Shown: positions 56,261-64,000 of the stretch, piece after piece
Position numbering within the stretch: position 1 is the stretch's first letter
Layout of the letters: the number at the start of each line of letters is the position of its first letter
NCBI GenBank assembly: GCA_016786725.1
Contig: JAEUVU010000005.1
Location: 270 to 64,269 of the forward strand
Direction of reading: 5' to 3'
Length of the DNA stretch: 64,000 bases
From: Ferruginibacter sp.
GTDB taxonomy: Bacteria; Bacteroidota; Bacteroidia; Chitinophagales; Chitinophagaceae
The notes under the pieces: generated by a model
Database searches by the model: none
What the model was told of the DNA's origin: nothing
Seen by the model: the letters and a program-made list of their open reading frames with translations, nothing else
Program-made: the position numbers and the translations under genes

Positions 56261-59200
56261 CTATTCCCTGATAACTCTTGCTGTAAAACGTTTGCCATTC
56301 ATGATGATGGCTTTTAGCAGATAAGTTCCTTTACTTAAATTCCCGGCAGGTAATTTGAAACGAATCTGTTGCTCGCCTTTTTGAAAATTTTGTTTTGCAT
56401 ACAGTTTTCCGCTCATGTCCAATAAACTTAATTCACCGGCAGATTCTGTAGCTTTTACAAACCGGATTATCAGGTCATTCCTGAAAGGATTACCAAAAAC
56501 CAACATATCCTGGGGGGCATCAGTTAATTTAATAAGCACTACATCGCTTAATTTAAAGTTGCCATCTATATCAATGCTTCGCAAACGGTAATAATTTTTT
56601 TCTGTAAGCGGCAGTTTATCGGTATAGTTATAAGATCGTTGTGTACTGCTGTTTCCTGCCGCAGGTATTATTGCGATGTTACTAAAGTTAATGCCGTCAG
56701 AAGATTTTTGTAATTCAAAATGTTTACTGTTGATTTCCTGGGAGGTCTTCCATTGCAATAAAACATTTTTTTGATGCAGAATACCTTTGAATTCGATGAG
56801 TGTCAGCGGTACAGGCGAAAGGTCAACATAGGTGTACCACATACCATAACCATGTGTGCCTACCAGCAATTTATTATCAATAGGGCGCAATGCAAGACTT
56901 GAAACAACAGCATTGCCCATCTCTGTAGTCCCATCCTGCGCCCAGGCACCGCCTGCAGGAAGCCCGGTACGGGTATATAATCCTACAGAAGTTCCCACAA
57001 AATATTCCACACCGGCAGAGGTAAGTGCAATGGCGCTGCTCCGGAAAGAAGGAAGTGTTAGGGTACCTTCAACACTGGTCCATGTTGGTGTGGCCGAATT
57101 GGCATCCCCAGTCCAGTAAACGCTGGTAATGCCATAGTTTGATAATGTAACAAGTACGGTATCATCGTTGCGGGGGTTTACCGCAATACTGCTTATAAAT
57201 CCTCCCGCAGGAAAAGTTGATCCGGAAATATCAACCGGGCCGGTTCCGGCAGCTGAGCCTGCCGGATCATCCAAACGAAAAACCTTTGGTACAATTGTTA
57301 AAGGGGAGGTAACATCACTTGTTCCAATAAAAAGGCTTGCAGTTGCAGGACTATAGGTTCCCCTGGTTGTTGCCAGCGCTGTGATAGAACCTATCGGGAG
57401 TGCTGCACCCGCAACACCGCTCATTGTTGTCCAGGTGCTTGATGTTACTGTAGAACCTGAAGTTGTTCTGTACAGTACATTATCATTGGCATAGTAGAGT
57501 ATCTCTGAGTTATCAGGGTCCAGTTTGTGCATGGTTACAAATAGTCCTGTTCCGCCTTCACCGGTTGGCGTTATATCTGTGGTTGCACCTAATGCAGATG
57601 CTGAACTTCTGCGGTTGATATATCCTGATTGCGAACCTACATACTCATAAGTGCTGCCCGATACGAGATCGGATAAGCCTACGGATACACCATCTCCCCC
57701 ATACACCATTTCAAAACTGATGCCTGTTCCGCCAATATTTCTTGTAGAACCATTATCCTGTGCACCACCAAGCACTTTATCGTTACCACCACGGGGATCA
57801 AGTGTTACATGATAATATTGATAGGTGCGGTATCCTGTATTAACCGGTGTCCATGCAACAGTAGCTGCTAAATTATCTGCGGTGCGTTGAATGCCTCCGT
57901 CATTTCCGCACAACATAGTTGTGAAGCTCGTTGGTTGAAAAGCAAAGCAATGAATATCGGGATGGGAACCAGCATATAAACTGTAACTGGCAGGGCTTGC
58001 ATACCCACCGATTCTTGTCCAGGTAAGCCCTGCATCGGAAGACCTGTAAGCGTTGGTACCGCCTATAAATAAAGTGCTGGCATCATCTGGCTTTGCTGCT
58101 ATAACAAGATCATAACCTCCCTGGCATGCAAAAGGGTCATTGCCGGCAAGGCACCCAGCTTCATCCGGTAAAGTAGCTGAAAGGTCGGTCCAGGTAGCCA
58201 GACCATCATCCCATCTGAATAATTCCGCATCCACAAAAGGACCTCCGCAGGTTGAAGTAGCCCCTGCGTAATAAAGCGCATATAAAAATGATTCACTGCT
58301 GGGTGGAATGGCAAGTACTATCCGGCCATAAAAAGGTTCACTGTTCCATCCTGTGGGTGAGCCACCCGAACCAGCTCCGGCAATACGTGTCCAGGAGCCA
58401 ACATCACCCGAAGTTGCACCTGTTGGCGAAGCCCATACACCATCTACTCCTGAACCATTGGTACCACCAAATGCGGCATACAATCTTCCTGTACTTGTTA
58501 CAGCAATATCTGTATGCTGACTGGAAGATGACAGAACTCCTGGTAAAACGGTTTCCCAGGTGGTGCCTCCATCTACTGATCTTCTGATGGCTGCAGCGCA
58601 GGCAATATAAACATAACCGTCAGCAGGATTAACGATCACCCTGCTGATATAATCTTCAGGAACGCTGAAGGATTCCAGTGGGGTGGTATTAGATGATGTG
58701 AGCCTGGCCCAGGTTTCGCCATTATCAGTGGACTTGTACACTCCGTTACCCGAATATCCTGCACCCAGCATAGAGGCAGAATTACCAGATGCTTCACCTA
58801 CGGTGTAATACCAGGTATCTTCCATACCCGGGCGGGTGTCCTGGGCAATGCTTGTACAACTGAAATGTTCGCCGGTAGGGCTTTTACGTAGCCAGGTAGC
58901 ACCATCATCAGTTGATTTATAAACGCCTCCGCTCACGCCTCCGGCTATAATTATACGGTTGCTGGTACCATTATATCTTTTATCATAAACTACAGCTCTT
59001 GTGCGCCCTCCCAGGTTATCAGGGCCCTGAAAGAGATAACTGTTTGCACTTACAATGCCGGCCGGTTGATTATTAAAAATGCTTTTTGCCTGTGCAAGTT
59101 CTGCCGCATAAACACCTTCGGGAATATCACCCGTAGCAGGATTTCTTGCCATGATAAATTCATACTCCATGGCACCATCAAATTCGGTATGAGGTTTATT

Positions 59201-59335
59201 ATTTAATATACTCCCGGTTTTTTTTAAACGGCAGCCTGTATAGAAGACTATAGCAGAGAATAAAACGAAAAGAAAAAAGTTAACCCGTATTGTAAATAAC
59301 CATTTCATAAAGTTATTTTTTAAATCTGGCAACAT
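56261..59335 (-). CDS. BNR/Asp-box (sortilin-type) repeat protein with T9SS C-terminal sorting domain
   Basis: Asp-box repeats STDDGATW, STDNGETW, SVDGGTTW and SSDAGLTW. C-terminal ~80 aa Por-secretion-tail-like (LSLLDMSGKLY...GTYLLKA). Alternative ATG at 59308 (MKWLF...YTGC). Confidence 0.8.
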   Translation of the reverse strand: MLPDLKNNFMKWLFTIRVNFFLFVLFSAIVFYTGCRLKKTGSILNNKPHTEFDGAMEYEFIMARNPATGDIPEGVYAAELAQAKSIFNNQPAGIVSANSYLFQGPDNLGGRTRAVVYDKRYNGTSNRIIIAGGVSGGVYKSTDDGATWLRKSPTGEHFSCTSIAQDTRPGMEDTWYYTVGEASGNSASMLGAGYSGNGVYKSTDNGETWARLTSSNTTPLESFSVPEDYISRVIVNPADGYVYIACAAAIRRSVDGGTTWETVLPGVLSSSSQHTDIAVTSTGRLYAAFGGTNGSGVDGVWASPTGATSGDVGSWTRIAGAGSGGSPTGWNSEPFYGRIVLAIPPSSESFLYALYYAGATSTCGGPFVDAELFRWDDGLATWTDLSATLPDEAGCLAGNDPFACQGGYDLVIAAKPDDASTLFIGGTNAYRSSDAGLTWTRIGGYASPASYSLYAGSHPDIHCFAFQPTSFTTMLCGNDGGIQRTADNLAATVAWTPVNTGYRTYQYYHVTLDPRGGNDKVLGGAQDNGSTRNIGGTGISFEMVYGGDGVSVGLSDLVSGSTYEYVGSQSGYINRRSSASALGATTDITPTGEGGTGLFVTMHKLDPDNSEILYYANDNVLYRTTSGSTVTSSTWTTMSGVAGAALPIGSITALATTRGTYSPATASLFIGTSDVTSPLTIVPKVFRLDDPAGSAAGTGPVDISGSTFPAGGFISSIAVNPRNDDTVLVTLSNYGITSVYWTGDANSATPTWTSVEGTLTLPSFRSSAIALTSAGVEYFVGTSVGLYTRTGLPAGGAWAQDGTTEMGNAVVSSLALRPIDNKLLVGTHGYGMWYTYVDLSPVPLTLIEFKGILHQKNVLLQWKTSQEINSKHFELQKSSDGINFSNIAIIPAAGNSSTQRSYNYTDKLPLTEKNYYRLRSIDIDGNFKLSDVVLIKLTDAPQDMLVFGNPFRNDLIIRFVKATESAGELSLLDMSGKLYAKQNFQKGEQQIRFKLPAGNLSKGTYLLKAIIMNGKRFTARVIRE

Positions 59336-59475
59336 AGTAAAATAACAAGAATAGCTGACAAATGCAAGCCATTATTACATTTACTACAGAATTGCGTTAC
59401 CGGCCGGAAAATCTCATCACCCCCGATGATCAAATAAAAGGCTATTGCGAGGCCTTATTTTTAACTATAATCGCC

Positions 59476-59483
59476 TATATTTG
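59476..59483 (+). promoter_or_regulatory. candidate -7 box TATATTTG for the tRNA
   Basis: TAnnTTTG match 25 nt upstream of the tRNA 5' end. Confidence 0.45.
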
Positions 59484-59507
59484 CACCCCGTTGAAATAAA
59501 CGGAGTT

Positions 59508-59581
59508 GCCGGGGTAGCTCAGCTGGTTAGAGCACAGGATTCATAACCCTGAGGTCGGCAGTTCAAGTCTGCTCCCCGGTA
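59508..59581 (+). tRNA. tRNA with CAT anticodon (elongator Met, or Ile2 if lysidine-modified)
   Basis: Hand-folded cloverleaf. Acceptor GCCGGGG/CCCCGGT, D arm GCTC-AGCTGGTTA-GAGC, anticodon loop TTCATAA, T arm GGCAG-TTCAAGT-CTGCT. CCA is not encoded. There is one A-C mismatch at the base of the anticodon stem. Confidence 0.88.
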
Positions 59582-59584
59582 CTA

Positions 59585-59610
59585 AAAAGGCCCTTTTAAG
59601 GGCCTTTTCT
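59585..59610 (+). terminator. rho-independent terminator after the tRNA
   Basis: AAAAGGCCC-TTTTAA-GGGCCTTTT. Confidence 0.85.
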
Positions 59611-59798
59611 ATTATTGTGTTTATAGCTACTACAGGCAAAAAAATATCTTTTTTACAAATACATTGAATAGTAAAAACACTATCTTAGTATTGTTATCAT
59701 TATTAACGTCAAGACCAGCTTAACTAAAAAGATGCCCGTGATCTTTTACCCCTCCTATGATACCAAAAGGTATTGACCCAACCAACTAAATTGTTTTT

Positions 59799-62700
59799 AT
59801 GCGATTTTCAAAATTTACTCAACTGCAAATCAGTTTTTTAAAAAAGTGCACCCTTTTGTTTCTCCTGCTTGCATTTATTACTTCGCAGGTATCACTTGCA
59901 CAAAGTAATGAATGTGCAACGGCTACTGTGCTTACCCCGGGCGCAACCTGTGTTACCACAGCAGGAACCAATGTGGGTGCAACCCAAAGTATAGCACCGA
60001 TTACCTGCGCCGGGTTTACAAGTTCTTCTGCATTGGATGTGTGGTATCAGTTTACAGCTACTGCAACAGCCCATACAGTTACTGTGGTAGGTGGCGGACT
60101 ATTTGATGCTATAATAGATGTACGTTCAGGTGCCTGTAATGGTACCAACATTGGCTGTGCAGATGCAACAACTGCAGGTGGTACGGAAGCTGTAACAGTG
60201 GGCGGATTAACCATTGGTAATGTATATCTCATAAGAGTATATGGCTGGGCAGGAGGAACAGGAACATTCACTATTTGTGTAACAGGCGCTGCAGCAGCAC
60301 CTGCAAATGATAACTGTACAACCGCTACTACACTTACTTCGGGTACTACATGTACTTCTACTGCGGGCTCTAATGTAGCCGCAACTCAAAGCCTGGCACC
60401 CATTACCTGTGCAGGTTTTACCAGCTCCTCCGCATTGGATGTATGGTATCAGTTTACAGCAGTAGCAACTACGCATACAATCACTGTAGTAGGGGGCGGA
60501 ACATTTGATGCTATTATTGATGTGCGTTCGGGTGCCTGTAACGGAACTAATATAGCTTGCGCCGATGCAACAACAAGTGGCGGTACAGAAGTAGCGACAG
60601 CAACAGGATTAACCATCGGCAATACTTACCGGGTAAGGGTATATGGCTGGGCAGGAGGAACAGGAACCTTTACTATTTGCGTTACCCATGCTTCATCAGC
60701 TCCTGCGAATGATAATTGTGCAACTGCTACTTCACTTACTTCGGGTACCACCTGTACTACTACTGCAGGTACCAATGCATCTGCAACGCAAAGTATTGCA
60801 CCCATTACCTGTGCAGGTTTTACCAGTTCTTCTGCACTGGATGTGTGGTACCAGTTTACAGCAGTAGCAACAACCCATACTGTTACCGTGGCAGGTGGCG
60901 CCGGTTTTGATGCAATTATAGATGTACGTTCGGGTGCCTGTAACGGCACTAATATTGCCTGTGCAGATGCAACAACAAGTGGCGGCACAGAAGTAGCAAC
61001 TGCTGCCGGATTAACGATAGGCAATACTTACCTCATAAGAGTTTATGGCTGGGCCGGCGGAACGGGAACCTTTACCATCTGTGTTACACATGTAGCAACA
61101 CCACCTGCCAATAATGATTGCGCTAATGCAGTGACACTTACGCCAGGTACAACCTGTACACCAACTGCGGGCACAACCGTAAATGCAACCCAATCTCTTG
61201 CGGCAATTACCTGTGCTTCTTTTACAGGAACAGCCGATGATGATGTTTGGTATCAGTTTACAGCTACTTCAACCAGTCATATTGTTACGGTAGTTGGTGC
61301 AGCAGGTTTTGATGCCGTGGTAGATGTGCGTTCGGGTGCATGTAATGGAACTAATATCGGCTGCGCCGATGCTACTGTATCCGGCGGTACTGAAGTTGTG
61401 ACGTTAACCGGGCTTACGATAGGCAATACTTACCTGGTAAGGGTGTATAGCTTTGGATCATTGGCAACAAACCGGGGAACATTTACGATTTGTGTTACTA
61501 CACCTCCGGCTTGTAACTGTACTATAACAGGTGCCAATCCTGTTTGTGCAGGTGCTACAGGCATCAGTTATTCTGGCCCGGCAGGCATGACAACTTATGC
61601 CTGGAGTATTTCAGGAAATGGTACGATCACCAGTGCAACCAATGGACAGAACGTTACTGTAACTGCAGGTGCAGCAGGTTCTTATACACTTTCTTTAACT
61701 ACATCCAATGCCGGCTGTACTTCAAATACGTGTACCTTCCCGGTAACAGTAAATCCTGCTCCTTCAGCAACGATCAGTTATGCAGGTTCTCCTTATTGTT
61801 CCAATGCAGGTACTGCTTCAGTTACACAAACCGGTACCACAGGTGGCACTTACAGTTCAACTGCAGGTTTAACTTTAAATACAACAACGGGTGATGTAAC
61901 ATTAGGAACCAGCACAGCAGGTACATATACAGTTACATATACAATTGCTGCTGCCGGCGGCTGTGCGGTATTTACTACAACTGCTTCGATAACGATAACA
62001 GCATTACCGGCTGCAACGATCAATTATGCAGGTTCTCCTTACTGTTCCAATGCTGGAACTGTTTCGGTAGCACAAACCGGTACCACAGGAGGAACCTACA
62101 GTTCTACAGCAGGCTTAACCCTTAATTCAACAACGGGTGATGTAACAACGGCGACAAGTACAGCAGGTACTTACACGGTTACCTATACTATTGCAGCAGC
62201 TGGAGGATGCCCTGCTATAACGGCTACTGCCAATATTACGATTGCAAATCTTCCGGTAGTTACAGCACCTGCAGTAACACAACCAACGGTTGCAACACCT
62301 ACCGGAACCATTGTGGTTAATGCAACTGGCGGGCCAACATTAGAATATAGTGTAAATGGAGCAGGCGGGCCATTCCAGCTTTCAAATACCTTCAGCGGCC
62401 TTACACCAGGTTCCAGCTATAACATAGCCGTACGTTTGCAAAATTCCACAGGTTGTGTTGTATTATATAGCGGCAATCCTATCATAATGAATACAATAAG
62501 TGGCCGCATAACAGATGTGTTGGTTGGCACCTCACCATTCCAGGATTCAATGTGGACAATCAACCTGGCTAATTACCAGATTGTAAGAAGACTGGGCCCA
62601 ACATTAGCCGGCTTCACTATAACAGGCATGAACGGCATTGCTACAAATCCTTTAACCGGGCAACACTTTATGATTGCTAAAGTAACTGGAGGGCGCAGGC

Positions 62701-64000
62701 TTGTGAAAGTAAATGTACAAACAGGAGTTTGTACTGATATAGGAAGTTTAGGTGCAGGAAATGCAGGTAACTTCTCTACCTTGGCATTTAAAACCAATGG
62801 TGAACTATATGGAGTAACTGGTGATGGTGCGACGCCTCCAGAAACGATGTTTAAAATTGATACTTTAAATGGATCATCAACTCTATTCAGAACATTGGGC
62901 AATGGTGCAGACGGAGAAGTTATTGCTTTTAATCCCGATGATAATTTCTTCTATCATTGGTCTGGAAACGGTACTGTTATATGGGAGAAATTTGCTACGG
63001 CAGTTGATCCGGTCCAGCCTTTAACAACACCACAAAATGGCGAAGTATTTGGAGCATTATATGCAGGGGCGGGTAAAATGTGGGTAAGCAGTATTAACTC
63101 CGATATACGTCTTTGGGATATACCGACACAAACGGCTTCTGCAGTTTTAATAAATACACCTGATGACCTGCGTGGCCTGGTAAAAGAATCTTGTTCGAGT
63201 TCTTTAACTGCAGGCGGATCAACAGCTATATGCTCAGGTAACAGCGTTTTACTTTCTGTGATTGGAGGAGTATCTAACTATCAATGGTATTTGGATGGCG
63301 CACCGATTGGTGGAGCCAATGCATCAAGCTATAGCGCAACGGCTGCTGGGGTATATAACTGTATGTACATGGACGGATGTGGAATAATAGATAGTGTTTC
63401 TGCGGGGATCACTGTGACTTTAGCACCAACACCTGATGCGATAGCCACACCATCATCACAGGCTATTTGTTCTGGTTCATCCATAACAACCATTGCAATC
63501 ACAGGATCAGTAGGCGGAACAACATTTAACTGGACAAGAGATAACACCGGTACTGTAACGGGTATTGCATCAAGCGGTGCAGGAGACATCATCGGCAATT
63601 TAACAAATACGACCAACGCACCTGTAACAGTAACATTTACTATTACTCCTACAGCGGGAAGTTGTACCGGAACACCTGTTACTGCAACTGTAATTGTTAG
63701 TCCTACGCCAGATGTTACTCAGCCAGCTAACCAGGCTGTATGTAATAATACATCAACAGCACCTGTTAACTTTAGCGGTTCTGTTCCCGGTACAATATTT
63801 AACTGGACAAACAATACGCCTTCTATTGGTTTAGCTGCCAGCGGAACGGGTGATATTGCATCGTTTACTGCAACCAATGCAACTACCAGTCCGGTTGTAG
63901 CAACGGTTACTGTAACTCCTGCTTTAGGTGGTCCTGGTGCTCCAACATCTATAACCATGCCTCCACAAGTCTCTACCAATTCGCCGAATGTAAGAGGATA
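59799..64000 (+). CDS. giant secreted repeat-rich surface protein (adhesin-like), 5' part; continues beyond the window
   Basis: Frame opened at ATG 59799 (MRFSKFTQLQISFLKKCTLLFLLLAFITSQVSLAQS). I checked it codon by codon over several stretches to 63240 with no stop; it is absent from the ORF track because there is no stop in the window. Contains 4x134-aa Cys-containing domains, 2x82-aa Ig-like repeats, a propeller-like segment and PKD-like CxGxS repeats. Confidence 0.8.
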   Translation, partial: MRFSKFTQLQISFLKKCTLLFLLLAFITSQVSLAQSNECATATVLTPGATCVTTAGTNVGATQSIAPITCAGFTSSSALDVWYQFTATATAHTVTVVGGGLFDAIIDVRSGACNGTNIGCADATTAGGTEAVTVGGLTIGNVYLIRVYGWAGGTGTFTICVTGAAAAPANDNCTTATTLTSGTTCTSTAGSNVAATQSLAPITCAGFTSSSALDVWYQFTAVATTHTITVVGGGTFDAIIDVRSGACNGTNIACADATTSGGTEVATATGLTIGNTYRVRVYGWAGGTGTFTICVTHASSAPANDNCATATSLTSGTTCTTTAGTNASATQSIAPITCAGFTSSSALDVWYQFTAVATTHTVTVAGGAGFDAIIDVRSGACNGTNIACADATTSGGTEVATAAGLTIGNTYLIRVYGWAGGTGTFTICVTHVATPPANNDCANAVTLTPGTTCTPTAGTTVNATQSLAAITCASFTGTADDDVWYQFTATSTSHIVTVVGAAGFDAVVDVRSGACNGTNIGCADATVSGGTEVVTLTGLTIGNTYLVRVYSFGSLATNRGTFTICVTTPPACNCTITGANPVCAGATGISYSGPAGMTTYAWSISGNGTITSATNGQNVTVTAGAAGSYTLSLTTSNAGCTSNTCTFPVTVNPAPSATISYAGSPYCSNAGTASVTQTGTTGGTYSSTAGLTLNTTTGDVTLGTSTAGTYTVTYTIAAAGGCAVFTTTASITITALPAATINYAGSPYCSNAGTVSVAQTGTTGGTYSSTAGLTLNSTTGDVTTATSTAGTYTVTYTIAAAGGCPAITATANITIANLPVVTAPAVTQPTVATPTGTIVVNATGGPTLEYSVNGAGGPFQLSNTFSGLTPGSSYNIAVRLQNSTGCVVLYSGNPIIMNTISGRITDVLVGTSPFQDSMWTINLANYQIVRRLGPTLAGFTITGMNGIATNPLTGQHFMIAKVTGGRRLVKVNVQTGVCTDIGSLGAGNAGNFSTLAFKTNGELYGVTGDGATPPETMFKIDTLNGSSTLFRTLGNGADGEVIAFNPDDNFFYHWSGNGTVIWEKFATAVDPVQPLTTPQNGEVFGALYAGAGKMWVSSINSDIRLWDIPTQTASAVLINTPDDLRGLVKESCSSSLTAGGSTAICSGNSVLLSVIGGVSNYQWYLDGAPIGGANASSYSATAAGVYNCMYMDGCGIIDSVSAGITVTLAPTPDAIATPSSQAICSGSSITTIAITGSVGGTTFNWTRDNTGTVTGIASSGAGDIIGNLTNTTNAPVTVTFTITPTAGSCTGTPVTATVIVSPTPDVTQPANQAVCNNTSTAPVNFSGSVPGTIFNWTNNTPSIGLAASGTGDIASFTATNATTSPVVATVTVTPALGGPGAPTSITMPPQVSTNSPNVRG
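59907..61514 (+). repeat. 4 tandem in-frame 402-bp repeats (134-aa domain)
   Basis: The first Cys codons of successive units are at 59913, 60315, 60717 and 61119, exactly 402 nt apart. Units 2 and 3 are nearly identical at the protein level. Confidence 0.9.
61764..62255 (+). repeat. 2 tandem in-frame 246-bp repeats (82-aa Ig-like domain)
   Basis: SATISYAGSPYCSNAGTASVTQTGTTGGTYSSTAGLTLN... is repeated as AATINYAGSPYCSNAGTVSVAQTGTTGGTYSSTAGLTLN... 246 nt later. Confidence 0.9.

Noticed and set aside
59336-59800. tRNA(CAT) as an integration site for a genomic island carrying the giant surface gene
   Set aside because: There is no integrase or recombinase ORF on either side within the window, and I saw no direct repeat of the tRNA 3' end downstream.
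60047-61193. Several 60-132 aa minus-strand ORFs (60047..60271, 60207..60476, 60626..61024, 61011..61193)
   Set aside because: They are antisense shadows of the Thr/Ala/Gly-rich repeat region of the giant plus-strand gene, and they repeat with the same 402-bp period.
59907-62255. Regularly spaced repeats that might suggest a CRISPR array
   Set aside because: The periods are 402 and 246 bp and the repeats are in-frame protein domain repeats within one long open frame. There are no short direct repeats separated by unique spacers, and no cas genes.
1-64000. Mobile elements, prophage, defence islands or toxin-antitoxin pairs
   Set aside because: None of the ORFs shows transposase, integrase, phage structural, restriction-modification, Cas or toxin-antitoxin hallmarks. 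The only mobile-looking sequences are the protein-less mini-repeats reported above.

Overview
Chromosomal, mostly housekeeping segment of a Bacteroidota genome. Gene content looks Chitinophagia/Sphingobacteriia-like: a T9SS C-terminal sorting domain, TAnnTTTG -7 boxes with SD-less leaders, a fused E1 alpha/beta dehydrogenase, and DUF4476/DUF4442/DUF423-type genes. I support about 45 protein genes. They include a hom plus trans-sulfuration gene pair behind a SAM-I riboswitch, uvrA, an LPS-type block (MsbA-like exporter, two GT4 glycosyltransferases, a methyltransferase), rarA, aspS, sucD, an MlaEF-like ABC pair, maeB, lysA, mrp/apbC, aroK, ftsK, pth and a fused 2-oxoacid dehydrogenase E1. There is one tRNA(CAT). 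There are two very large thioester-containing alpha-2-macroglobulin (A2M) genes; one is in the classical A2M-pbpC arrangement, extended by a membrane-anchored papain-like peptidase and a secreted thioredoxin-fold protein. The right end holds a BNR-repeat T9SS substrate and the first 4.2 kb of a giant repeat-rich surface protein. I see no transposase, integrase, phage, CRISPR or recognisable defence genes. The most unusual signal is not a gene cluster. It is a set of short, stop-free oligonucleotide repeat families that fill most intergenic spacers and also sit in frame inside essential and very large genes. One is a 23-32 nt G/C hairpin module: 4 copies in one A2M gene, 1 in aspS, 1 at the 5' end of aroK. 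The other is a GAACAACGAACAAC word in pbpC and the E1 dehydrogenase, read in the same frame (EQRTT peptide). This resembles Rickettsia palindromic elements. Whether it is already described for this lineage cannot be decided from one window.
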